From: Rebecca billardiae RCC1528
Lineage: Eukaryota; Protista; Haptophyta
Assembly: GCA_965240325.2 (NCBI GenBank)
Contig: OZ251255.1
Span: 124,001-188,000 of the forward strand
DNA: 64,000 nt
Direction of reading: 5' to 3'
Below, one piece after another: positions 25,264 to 36,654 of this stretch; position 1 is the first letter of the stretch; each line of letters starts with the position of its first letter. The notes under the pieces were generated by a model. That model worked only from the letters and a program-made list of their open reading frames with translations, did no database searches and was not told the origin of the DNA. The position numbers and the translations under genes were made by a program.

Positions 25264-25636
25264 ACCCGCCGGCGCACCCGCGCACGGCGCGGCGGCGTGG
25301 GCGATCGTGGACGAGGTCGCGCCGGGCGGGCCGGCGGAGCAGAGTGGCGTGCGAGTCGGTGACGCGCTCGTCGCCTTCGGCGACGTGCGCGCCTCCACGC
25401 CCGACGCGCTGCGCGCGGTCGCCCGCGCCGTCTCGGCCGCCGCCGATCTCGGCGCCGAGATCGAGCTGCTGCTGAGCCGCCCGCCGGGCGCCGGCGCGGA
25501 GGGCGCGAGTGGCGCGGGCGCGGGCGGGGCGGAGGTGCGGCTGCAGCTGCGCCCGCGCCCGTGGGCGGGGCCGGGGCTGCTCGGCTGCCACCTCGCGCCG
25601 CTCGCGGCCTCGGGGCGGCCCGATTCGCAGGAGTAG
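24869..25636 (+). CDS. PSMD9: 26S proteasome regulatory-particle assembly chaperone Nas2/p27 (N-terminal helical domain + PDZ)
   Basis: LMGRKDELEKEL...GM...LVDAEGFPRADVDVHGTRALRHR...LNTDHKALMATIE, then a PDZ domain (VDEVAPGGPAEQSGVRVGD), ending LRPRPWAGPGLLGCHL. Confidence 0.93.
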
Positions 25637-26977
25637 CGCAGGAGACTAGTACCGGAGTTGGCGGTTCTCGGCGCTCTGCAGCCTGCTGAGTGATGGGTGC
25701 GGGCGGACAGCTACAGTACTGAGTGAGTAGTGAGTATACGGGTGTACCCCGGAGCCGCGCGCTGCCCTACCATCACAGCAGCCGCAGCCGAGACGGCCGA
25801 GGCAAGAGTCGCCGGGCGGCCCGGCCGCTCCGGGGCAAGGCCAAGCACCTGCACTCGCGGGCCGCGGCGGTTCTCGCGGATACTCGGACGGCGGCGGCAT
25901 CACTTGTATCATCATGCAGTTATAAGCGCCGCCCTACAGACTGTGGCCCGCAGTGTCTCAGCTGAGGCGGCTGACTCCGAGTCCGACTACCGCCGTCACT
26001 GATGAGTCACCGTGTGGCTTATGACGCGGCAGCGCTCGGCATGGCCGACTGCCCGACTCGGGCATCAGCCGGCAGCGCGGGGCCGCGAGGCGGCGGACGG
26101 TCCGAGGCCGCCGGTCCGCGCGGTGCCACTTAGCACGGGCGCGTGCGGCAACTACGGTTCGGAACTGCGCGCTGCGCGCGTCAGTCCGAAAGTGGCACCG
26201 TGCCCCGGGTCCCGGGCGGACTGACCGAGTGACCGGCCCGTGACCACGGACTCTCACTACCGACTACGGTCCGGCGCGCCCGCGGGCCCGCCGCGACCGA
26301 CCGGCGGCAGCGGGCCGGCGGACTTTCCACAGCAGTGTATATATATCTATACTATCTATCTAGTGCGGGCCGCCAGTCCGGGACGCGGCTCCGGCATTAA
26401 TAATCACTCGGCGCGGCACTGACACTGCTCGGGCGGAGCCGCACCGCCGGCCGGCTCGGCTGACGGGCGCCGAGTAGCCGCGCCGCCGCAGCTCGGGCTC
26501 GGCCGCACGATCCGGGACCGCAGCATCATGGATGATCATCGCCGGATCGACCGCCGCGGGCACTGTGCGCGGCGTCGGCCCGGACGAATAACGCCGGCCG
26601 ACCCTGCTGTCACTCGGCACTGTTGCCCGAGTCACACTCACTGACACGCAGGCCCCGGCCTGCCGCGGGCTTAGCCGACGCTACAGAGGACATAAATCGG
26701 ACGCCGCGGACCGCCTGTTAAGGCGGCGCGGAGAGTGATATATATATCACATCTGCGGTACGCGGCGGTACGGTATCATCGTCAGCGCATGCATCACGGA
26801 ATCATATATATATATCACTGCGCATAATATGCTGCTAGCTTCTAACTGACCGACAGGACTGCGCGCTAGCTCACTGACGCCGGGAGAGTCATCGGCCATA
26901 TCGTCGGACGATGATTCGGGCGGCGACCGGGCCGGCGTCCATCAGCATCGCGTCATCATATCACGGTCGGACGACGA

Positions 26978-27036
26978 TGTATTATTATTATAAATAATCT
27001 TATATATATATATAATAATATATATATATATATAAG
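26978..27036. repeat. (TA)n / AT-rich tract in the convergent intergenic region
   Basis: tattattatataaataatcttatatatatatataataatatatatatatatataag in an otherwise very GC-rich window. Confidence 0.9.
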
Positions 27037-27384
27037 CGCGCGCATGCGCGCAGCAGAGTAGTCGATATCTCAACCGCACGCATCAACTTGACAGGCGGCG
27101 CATCAACACTTACACCGCGCGCGGCTGACGATTCCCGCGACCGCGTCGTGACAGATGAAGCGTGATCGACTACGATATAATATAATGACGACGCGCGACG
27201 ACGATATATCGTGCGGCGGAGTCATATCGTTATAGCGCAGCAGCTGGCACTATACGCCGCGGCAGACAGCGCTATACTACGGCGGACCGCACGTACGGTC
27301 GCTGGCAGCGCCGGGCTAAGCAGCCGGCGCGGCGGCCGGCCCGTGGGCGTGCGCGCCTGCCCCGATACGGCCGGTCAGCGTCAG

Positions 27385-29171
27385 TCAGCGGCCGTAGGGC
27401 TGCTGCGTTGCGCGGCCGGCCTCCCAGCCGCTCGCCTCTGCGCGCGCGTGCAGCAGCCCGCGCGTCGTGCGCCGGCTCGCGTCGATCGCGTGCACGAACG
27501 CGTGCAGGTCGGCCGCGTCGCGCTCGCCCGGCGCGAACTTGTCGCACCAGAGGCGGAGTCCGCGCTCGAGCTCGGCGGTGAGCGTCTCGGAGGTGAGCGC
27601 GAGGTCGGTGAGGCGGCGGCGGTCCTCCGGGCTGGCGGAGGCGCGGCGGCGGTGCTGCGCGGGGGGCGAGAGGCTGCCGCCGCGCCGCGGCGCCGGCGCC
27701 GGCGGCGCGGCGGCGCGCGCGGGCGAGCGCGGCGACGGCGCGCGCGGCCGCGGCGCGGCGCGGCGCGCGGCGGCGCGCGCGCGCAGCCGGTCGCGCGCGC
27801 GCTCGACCGCGCGCGCCCACAGCGTCGGCTCGTCGAGCGGGTTGCCGCCGCGCGCGGCGGCGGCGTCGATCTGCGCGGCGATCTCCGCCTCGAGCTCGAG
27901 CTCGAGCGCGGACGCGAGCGCGGCCGTCAGCCCCCACTGGCTGACGAGCGTCGCCGCGCGCCGACGCACAATGGAGCGCGCGCGCGCCTCGGCGCTGAGC
28001 GCGCGCGCGCGCGGCGGCGGCGCGGCGGCGCGCGGCTGCGCGCGCGACGCGCCGGCGCCGCCGCCGGCCCACGGCAGCGTGCGCGGCAGGCGCGAGGGCG
28101 AGGGCGGCGCGGGGCTGAGCGCGCGCCGCGCGCCGCCGCGCGCCGCCGAGCCGCCCAGCTCAAACGCCGCCGCCGCGCCGCCGGCTGCGCGCCGCCAGCG
28201 CACGCCGCCGCCGCCGGAGTCCTCGTCGGACGCGGCGGCGCGCGCGGCCGCGGCCGCGTCGAGCTGCGCGATGCGCTCGCGGATCGAGCCGGTGCTCGCC
28301 GCGCGCTCGGGCGTGGGCCGCGCGCGCAGCTGCACGCGCGAGCCCTCTGCCCACCGCTCCGCCGCGTCCCCCAGCATGCCGAGCGCGCGGCCCGCGCCCA
28401 CGCCGGCCGCCGCCTGCTGCCGCTGCTGCTGCCGCCGCTGCTGCTGCTGCTGCTGCTGCTCTTGCAGCGTGCGCGGCGTGCGCGGCCGCGAGGGCGGCGG
28501 CGTCGCACGAGGCGGCGCGGCGCGCGCCTCCTCGGGCCCCGCGCCGCGCCCGCGCGCCTCGCGCGCCGGCGCCACGCGCGCCGTGTCCATCCACCGCCGC
28601 GTCGCGCGCTCGAGGACAGGGCTGGCGCTGTCGGCGCGCGGCGGCGCGGCGCGGCGGCCGGCGCTCGGCGCGGGCGCGCGGCCGCGGCCCGCGGCGCCGG
28701 CGCCGTCCTCGCGGCCGCTGGGCGAGACGTGCGCGCGCGCCATCCACGTGCGCGCCGAGCGCTCGAGCAACGGGCTCGCCGCGCGGCGCGCGCCGCCGTC
28801 CGCGCCGTCGCCCCCGCCGCTGCGGCCGTCCCGCGGCGGCGGTGCGCCGCGCGTGGGCGACGGCGTGGCACCGGTGCGCGCCATCCACGTGCGCGCCGCC
28901 CTCTCGAGCAGCGGGCTCACCGCGCGGCGCGGCGGCGAGGCGCGCGGCGCGGCCTCGCCCACGCCGGCGCTCGCCATCCACGTGCGCGCCGCCCTCTCGA
29001 GCAGAGGGCTCACCGCGCGGCGCGGCGGCGGCGAGGCGCGCGGCGAGGGCGGCGCGGACGCGCGCGAGGTCGCCCTCCAGCGGAGCGCCGCCGCCTCGAG
29101 CGCGGCGGACGGGCGCGGGCGCGCGGGCGGCGCCGAGCGCGCGCGCGCCGCGGGCGGCAGCGGCAGCGGGC

Positions 29172-29212
<41 letters not shown>

Positions 29213-32200
29213 AGCGGCGTCGCCGTCGCCGCCTCGATGAGCACGCGCGCGCGCTCGCGCGCGCGCCGCCTCGCCTCCTCGCGCTGCGCGCGCAGGAAGG
29301 CGGCGCGCTCCGCCTCGAGCGCGGCGCGGCGGCGGCGGCGCTCGCGCGAGCGCTCGACGGCGAGGTCGGCCGCGAGCCGCTCGTAAGTGTGCACGCGCCG
29401 CTCGGTGCGCAGCCGCGCGTCGCGCCTCCGCGCCAGCTCAATCTGTATGGCGGACGCGCGGTGCATCGGCATCAGCCCGCGCCACTCGAGGCCGAGCTCG
29501 TCCGCGAGCGCGCGCAGCTGCTCGGGCGGCGGCAGCGGCGGCGGGCAGTCTCCGCACGGGTGCTGCTCGTCGCGCCACGCGCCGCCGGTGGCGAGGGCGG
29601 AGGCGCGCGCGAGCGCGGCGCCGCTGGCCGCGCGGCGGCGCGCGGGCGGCGCGCTCAGGGGCGGTGACGGCGGCGACGGCGGCCCCTCCGCGCCGCGCAT
29701 GCGCAGGTGATACGGCGGCGGCGACATTGGGCGCGCGCCGCCGCCGGCGGCCGCCCCGTGCGCATGCTTGCGCGGCGTGGGCGAGGGCGGCGGTCGCTCG
29801 TAGTGCAGCTGCAGCGGCTGCCAGTGGCCGACGACACCGTCGCCCCAAGCGGACGATGACTCGTACGACGCGCGCGCGTACGCCGCGGCCGAGGACGACG
29901 CGCGCGCCACCGCCGTGTGCGCGGCGGACGCGGACGCGGACGACGTGCGCCCGCCGCCGCGCCGCTCGCGCGGCGGCGTGCTCGCGCGCGGCGGCAGCGT
30001 CACCGCCAGAGGCACGTCGTCGTCCGCGCGCGGCCGCAGCGCCTTGTGCAGCTCCCGGAACTCGAGAAGACCGGAGCCATCCCTGCGCGTGCGCCGGGGG
30101 GCGGCAGCGGTCGGCGCGCACGGCCGGTGCAGAGGCGGGAGTGCCGCGGTGGGCGCGCGGGTGCCGCAGTGTGGGCGCGCGGGCGCCGCGGTGGGCGCGC
30201 GGAGTGCCGCAGTGTGGGCGCGCGGAGTGCCGCGGTGGGCGCGCGGGTGCCGCAGTGGGCGCGCGGGCGCCGCAGTGGGCGCTCACTTGTCCAGCCGAGC
30301 GTGCAGCTCGACGACGGCGGCGGCGGGGACGTCGAGGCCGTGCACGTCGGCGAGCGCGGCCTGCAGCTCGGCGAGCGAGATGCGCCCGTCGCCGTCCACG
30401 TCCCACGCGCTGCGCACACGCGGCGGCGGGCGGGCGCGCGGCGGCGCGCGGGCGGGCGGGCGGCGCGCGGACGGCGCGCGTGAGGCGCTCGGCGCAGCGC
30501 GGGGCGCGTGGAGGGGAGGCGGCGCGGAGGGCGGCGCGCGCACCGGAAGAGGTCGACGGTCCGGCCGAGGTGCGAGCGCAGCAGGATGCGCAGGTGCGCG
30601 AGCAGCGCCTTGAGCTGCGCGCCGCACGCGCGCGCGCGCCGCCGCCCGTGAGGCGTGGCGTGGCGGGGCGAGCGCGCGCGGCGCGGGCGCGCGGCGCGGG
30701 CGCGCGGCGCGGGCGCGCGGCGCACCTGCGGCGACATGCGGTCGTCGGCCATCGGGTCGCCGCCCCACGGCGGGCGCTGCCCGTCCGCGCCCTCGGCCGC
30801 GTACTCCTCGTACTCGCCGTACCCCTCCAAGTACTCATGTGAGTACTCACGCGAGTACTCGCCGTACTCACGTGAGTAGTACTGGTGCGCGCTCGCCTCC
30901 GCGCCGCCGCCGCCCTCGCCGCCGCCGTCCGCGCCGCCGTCGCCGTCCGCGTCCGTCGCGGCCCAGGGCACGTACGCGCCGTCGCCCAGCACAGCCGCCT
31001 CCTCAGCCGCGCTCGCGCTCGCGCTCGCGCTCCACACCGATCGGCCGCAGAAGCCGGCGGCGCCGGGCAGCGGCGGCGACCCCCCGGGGCTGCGGCGGCC
31101 GGAGGCGGCGGCGGCGGCGGGGCCGGCGGTGCTGCGGCGCGAGCCGAGCGCGGCGGCGGCGTCGGCGTGCGCGCCGGGCGAGGTGGGCGAGCTCGCGCGG
31201 CCCGGGCTCGGCACGCCCGTGCGCAGCGCCGTCGGCGGCGAGCGCACCTCGGCACTCGGCGGCGCGCCCGCCGCCCAGCCGCGCCGCGCGAGCGCCGCCG
31301 CGCCGCCCGCGCGGTGCGCGCCCGCGAGCGCACCGGCTGCGGCGGCGGGATCGGCGCGGCGCTCCGCGCTCGTGCCCGGCGCGGCCGAGGCGGGCAGCAG
31401 CCCGCTCGGCGTGTACGCCGCGCCCGCCGCCTCGGCCGTCCCCAGCCCCGCCGCGCGCGCGGGCGCGGCGCCGGCGGGCGCGGCGGCGTGCGGCGCGGGC
31501 GGCGCCGCGAGGTAGTGGCCAGGGGTAGGGTTGTGGTTGTGGTTGTGGGAGCGCGCGTCGGCCGCGGCGTCGTCCGCGGCGGCCTGCCGCTCGGTGAGGC
31601 GCTCGCCGTCCAGCCCCTCCTCCTCCCCGCCGAGCAGCAGTCCTTCCAGCCGCCGCAGCAGCGCCTCCCGCCGCGACGGGCCGCCCGCGCCGTCGGTGGC
31701 GGTGGCGGCGGCGACCGCGGCCGCCGCGCTCGCCGCCGCGCGCGTGGCGGCGGCGTCGGCGCTGCGCGCGCTGCTCGCGTGCACGGTCTCGCGCCGCGTG
31801 CGCAGCGCGCTCTCGAAGAGCTCGAGGATCGCGCCCTCGATCTCCGCCTCCTCCGCCACCTCCGCCGAGCCGGCCGCCGCCGCCGCCGCCGCCGCCGAGC
31901 GCTCGGCGGTGCCGCCGCCGCCGGCGGCGCGCGCGCGCGCCGCGCCGCCGTCAGCGGGCGGGCGCGCGGCGTGCAGCGCGGGCGAGGCGGTGGTGCGCGC
32001 GCTCGCGGGCGGCCCGCCGCGCGGCGAGACGACCAGCGCGTGCGGCCGCGCCGCCTCGAGCCGCTGCCGCGGCCCGCCGGCGCCGCCACCGCCGCCGCCG
32101 CCGCCGATGACGCTGTGACCGCTTACACCGCCGCCGCCAAACGAGTGCCAGCGCATCGCGCCGCCGAGCGCGTCGGCGCGCGGCGCGGCCGGCTCCACGC

Positions 32201-32760
32201 CCGCACGCCGCGCCGCGCCCTTCGTCAGCGCGGCGCGCAGCGCGGCCAGTCGCATCGCGCCGCGCCCCGCGCGATCCATCGCATCGAACGCCGCGCTCGC
32301 CTCCGCGTGCGTCAGCGGGAGGTGGAGGGCGGCGCAGGCGTGCGCGAGGTCGGCGGGGGTGAGCAGCACCCACTCTGGGCCGCCGCTCGACGGGCCGCCC
32401 CCCGCCGCCGGGTCCGTCGAGCGCTCCAGCGCCCACGTCCTGCGGGCGAGCGGGAGGCAGGCGGCGGCGCGGCGGGTCGGCGGCGCGTGGCGGGTCGGCG
32501 TGGGGCAGCGTGCGTGTGAGTCGGCGTGGGCGTGAGCACCGCGTCCTCGCGCCACAACTCCGCGCGCGCCATCGCGGCGCGCGCGCAACACCGCGCGCGC
32601 GCGCGCGCGCGCACGTGAGCACGCGCAGCAGCGGCGCTGCGCTCTCGTGCAGCACGCGGCGCACGCGCGGCTCCCGGACTGCGGAGAGCGTGGCGGTGGC
32701 GCGCGTGGGCGCGCGGGGGAAAGAGGCCGGCGGGGCGGGCGCGCCGATCGGGATGGGCAT
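27385..32760 (-). CDS. EF-hand calcium-binding, low-complexity protein (~1,583 aa, 5 exons: 32760-32615, 32439-30726, 30614-30544, 30409-30287, 30082-27385)
   Basis: GT-AG introns at 32614-32440, 30725-30615, 30543-30410 and 30286-30083 join the ORF fragments in frame (4,752 nt). Splicing rebuilds a canonical EF-hand pair, LFRAWDVDGDGRISLAEL and LDKDGSGLLEFREL. A degenerate hand (AFDAMDRAGRGAMRLAAL) lies further N-terminal. An alternative in-frame ATG is at 32916. Confidence 0.72.
30140..30282. repeat. Intronic minisatellite, ~20-22-bp unit gtgggcgcgcgg(a/g)gtgccgc(a/g)
   Basis: About 6-7 imperfect copies inside intron 30286-30083. Confidence 0.8.
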
Positions 32761-33313
32761 TCCGCCGCTCGGTGCTGCCGCGCGGCGCGGCTGGCTGTCG
32801 GCCTCGGCCCCGCTGCTGTCGGCGGCGGCAGCTCGGCGCTGCCTCTGCTCGGCTGGTGGTTCCTGATGGCAGCGATCTCGCGCCCGGCTGGGTGGCTTTC
32901 CCCGTTTCAGCCGCATTTTCTTTTGCCCGAGAAATGCCCGTTACGGTGGGCAGGTCCGGTGCGGCTCATGAGGGTCCGGGAGCAAGGAGCATCCGCGATT
33001 CATCAGTCGGTATTTTTCGCTGATTCGTCAGGGGCCGATCTCCAATACGGCGCGGTATCTTTTGGGATATGAACTCCAGCATGCTGGTAGTAGTATTCAG
33101 GTCCGGCCCGCTCGAGTCCGTGGTTGGCTCGCGAGGGGCTGAAGGATTTCGTCATGCGCCTGCGGGCACGCGCGTCCGGTTTCGTGGGCTTCGCGAAAAG
33201 GCGCCTTCTGACTCGCCGAGCGGCGAGCACATCAAAGCACGCGAGGCTCGTGCCGCGGCGAGTGCCTGTCATCGGCAGGGCAGGCTGCGTGGACGTGCGC
33301 GGCGCCAGCCAGA

Positions 33314-35333
33314 ATGCGGCAGAGCGGGGCGAGACGAGCGCCGCGCGCGCTCGCGCTGGGCGTGTGGTTCGTGTGCCTCGCGGTGAGCGACTGGACCGCC
33401 GCCGCCGCCGCCTCACGGCCAGCCGGCGCGCCGCGCGTGCCGGGAGCGGGCGGCGCGCGCGGCGCGGCCGGCTCGATGGCGAGGCAGCGCGCGGCGACGG
33501 CGGTGGCGGCGGCGGGCACTGCGGCGCACTCGCGCGCGTCGGTGAGTGCGGCGGCGATCGGCGTCGCCGCGCCCACGCGGCGCACCGCCGGCGGCCGCGC
33601 TGGCGGCGCCGCGGCCGCGCGCGCGAGCGCGGCGACGGCGACGGTGGCCGAGCTAACGACGGCGACGACGGCGGCGGCCGTCGAGCTGCTCGGCGGCGCG
33701 GGCGGCGCGGAGGGCGCGCTGGAGGCGGAGTTTAGCGACATCGCCGCCGCCGCCGTCGCCTCCTCCCAGCGCGCCGCCGCGCCCGCCGCGCCCGCCGCCG
33801 CGCCCGCCGCCGCGGCCGCCGCCACCGCGGCCGAGCCGCCGGCGCGCGCCGCCTCGCCCGCGTCCACCGGCAAGGCCGGCGTGGACGACTCGGTGCGCTG
33901 GTACCTGAACCGGATCGCCGGGCGCAAGCTGCTCTCGGCGAGCGAGGAGATCGCCCTCGCGCGCAACATCCAGGTCCTCGTCGCGTGGGAGGGCGCGCGC
34001 GAGCGTCTCGCGGCCGCGCTCGGCCGCGCGCCGTCGCACGGGGAGTGGGCGGAGGCGCTCGGGCTGCACGTCACCGCGTTCCGCGCGCAGCTGCGGCGGT
34101 GCCAGCGCGCGAAGGAGGCGATGGTGTCGGCGAACCTGCGGCTCGTGGTCTCGATCGCCAAGAAGTACATGTACGCGCCGCAGCACTCGCTCTCCCTCCA
34201 GGACCTCATCCAGGAGGGCTCGCTCGGCCTCATCCGCGCCGCCGAGAAATTCGACCCGGCGCGCGGATTTAAATTCTCGACCTACGCGACCTGGTGGATC
34301 CGGCAGGCGATCTCGAGATCGATCGCCGACCAGTCGCGCACGATCCGGCTGCCCGTGCACATCCACGAGCTCATCGCCTCGCTCCGCCGCGAGACCGCCG
34401 CGATGCACGCCGAGCTCGGCCGCAAGCCCACTGACGAGGAGCTCGCCAGCCGGCTGGGCATCACCGAGGCCAAGCTCGCGCTGCTCAGGTGCGCACCGCG
34501 CACGCGCACCGCGCACCGCGCACCGCGCACCGCGCACGCGCACCGCGCACGCGCACCGCGCACGCGCACCGCGCACCGCACTGCGCACCGCGCACCGCGC
34601 ACGCGCACCGCGCACCGCACTGCGCACTGCGCACCGCGCACCGCGCACCGCACCGCGCACCGCACCGCGGACGGCAGGTGGCGTGTGCGTGTGCGTGTGC
34701 GTGTGCGTGTGCGCTTGGGCGTGCTGCCGCGGGGCGGTGGGACGGGGCGCGCGCCCCACCCAGCCCTCGTCTCACCCGCGCCCTCCTTCCCCCTGCGCCC
34801 GTGTGTGTGCGCGCAGCCGGTCCATCCAGGAGGCTCTGAGCCTCGAGATGCCGATCGGGCGGGACAAGGACGGCGGCGAGCCCAGCACGCTGGCGAAGCT
34901 GATCGCAGCGACCAACGTGCGCGCGCGGCGCGGCGCGGCGCGCGCGCGCGCCTCGCGATGCGGCGCGCGCCTCTCGCGCGCGGCTGACCGCGCGCGTTGC
35001 CCACCGCGCCGCCGCGCCGCCGCCGCCGCTGCTGCCGCTGCTGCTGCCGGCGCGGATGGATGGCAGGCGGTGCCGGAGAAGCTGGTGGAGCACTCGTGCC
35101 TGCGCGACGACCTCGAGCTGCTGCTCTGCGGCGTGCTCTCCCTGCGCGAGCGCGACGTGCTGCGCCTGCGCTACGGCCTGGACGACGGCCGCACGCGCAC
35201 GCTCGAGGAGGTTGGCCAACTCATGTCGGTCACGCGCGAGCGGGTGCGGCAAATCGAGTCAAAGGCGATGCGCAAGCTGCGCTCGCCGCGGCACGGCGTC
35301 GTGCTGCGCGAGTACGTCGAGTCGCAGGAGTGA
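33314..35333 (+). CDS. Nucleus-encoded plastid RNA polymerase sigma-70 factor (~513 aa; exons 33314-34488, 34817-34916, 35067-35333)
   Basis: Region 1.2 ([22 protein letters not shown]), region 2 ([50 protein letters not shown]), region 3 ([19 protein letters not shown]) and region 4 ([21 protein letters not shown]...[18 protein letters not shown]). The N-terminus has a hydrophobic signal-like stretch followed by an Ala/Arg/Ser/Thr-rich extension. Confidence 0.93.
34490..34714. repeat. Intronic (CGCAC/CGCGCAC)n tract followed by a complementary (GTGCGT)n tract
   Basis: Seen directly in sigma-factor intron 1 (34489-34816). Confidence 0.85.
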
Positions 35334-36654
35334 GCACGCGCCACGGCGCCCCACGCCCCACCCCTTTGCCTCTCGCTCTGCTCTGCGGGGTCGACGTCGG
35401 CGCGGGCGGCCTGACGCAACGGCTGGACCCGACACCGTCACCGTGACCGCAGGCGGCAGGACGAGCTCCGCCTGTCGCCACCCTCGTGCCCGCGCACTGA
35501 GCCGGCATAGATTTAATATACCGCGTGACCGTCTGACAATACCGACGCTTGCTGGCCCGGCATGACGAATCATCCATGCTGAATGCTGATGCTCGCTTTA
35601 AATTCCGACGGCATTATTCCGCTGTCGAGTCGGTCGTGCAGGTGAGTGACTGCAGGCGTGCTCGACCGCTCGGCCTCCGTCGCCGTCGGCCTCGGGCCGG
35701 CGCCCTGACGCCGACGGCCTCAGGCTGAGGGCGGCCTCAGGCTGAGGACGCTGAGACCAGTGACGAGCGAGCCCCGGCCCCGGGCCCCGGCGGCGGCGCC
35801 GGACAGCGGACTGCCGTCGCGGCGCCCCGGTCGGCGGTTCTGAGGCACCCGCCTCGACCATGCAGCGTGACGCCTCCGCAGAGGCAGCCATGGGTGTGGA
35901 GCGCGTCGCGTGCGACCAGACGCTAGCCATGGCATACCCTATTGAAAGCGCCCACCTCTCCGGCGCCGCCATCTGTGAATCGGCCAGCGGCCGCCAGCTC
36001 AAGGCCTCAAGCCGGCTACGGCCGCACGACACGGACAGGCACGTGGTGGCCGCGTCAGCGCAGGCGACGACAGCTGCTGTCCACTTGGCTCGAAGAGATC
36101 GCTCAGGCAGGGGCCGGCTGGCTGCGTGACCACGCGCCGTACGACCGATCGTCTAGTCGCGCGCACACCGCACCGCGCGCCGCCCCAGCGCGTCGGCGCA
36201 CCGGCTTGATGACGATACGATTGCCGATTGGCCGGCCACAATCCACAAACTGACGCGCGTACCTTCGCACGGCCGGCGAGGTGCGCCCGTTTGCCCGAGC
36301 TGCGCAGCCGCCGCAGCGGCACGTGCCGCGGCCGGGACAGAGCCGCTTGATGAAACGCCGCGCTGGACCGTCCGGCCGCCTGGAATCCGGGTGTGCAGTC
36401 CTGTACTCCTGTCCTAGACGCTGAGTCGTAGTGACGGAGGCCGGACGGTTCACGGCCGGTCCGGGGCCGTCCCCCAGCTTTTTGTTTGAATCTGTCGCGG
36501 TGGCGTCGTCGCGCGCCCGGCAGTCCTTGGCGCTCGACGCGCGCGGCCGTCCCCCTAGCTCGCTCGGCGACCGAGCGTCCGCGTCTCTGCGGGCGTGAGC
36601 GACGCACTCGGCCGTTCGCCCCACCACCTCCTCCGCACGCCCCACCCGCGCGCC

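Noticed and set aside
33314-35333. Bacterial contamination suggested by an RpoD-like gene
   Set aside because: The gene has spliceosomal introns, a targeting-like presequence and host-like composition.
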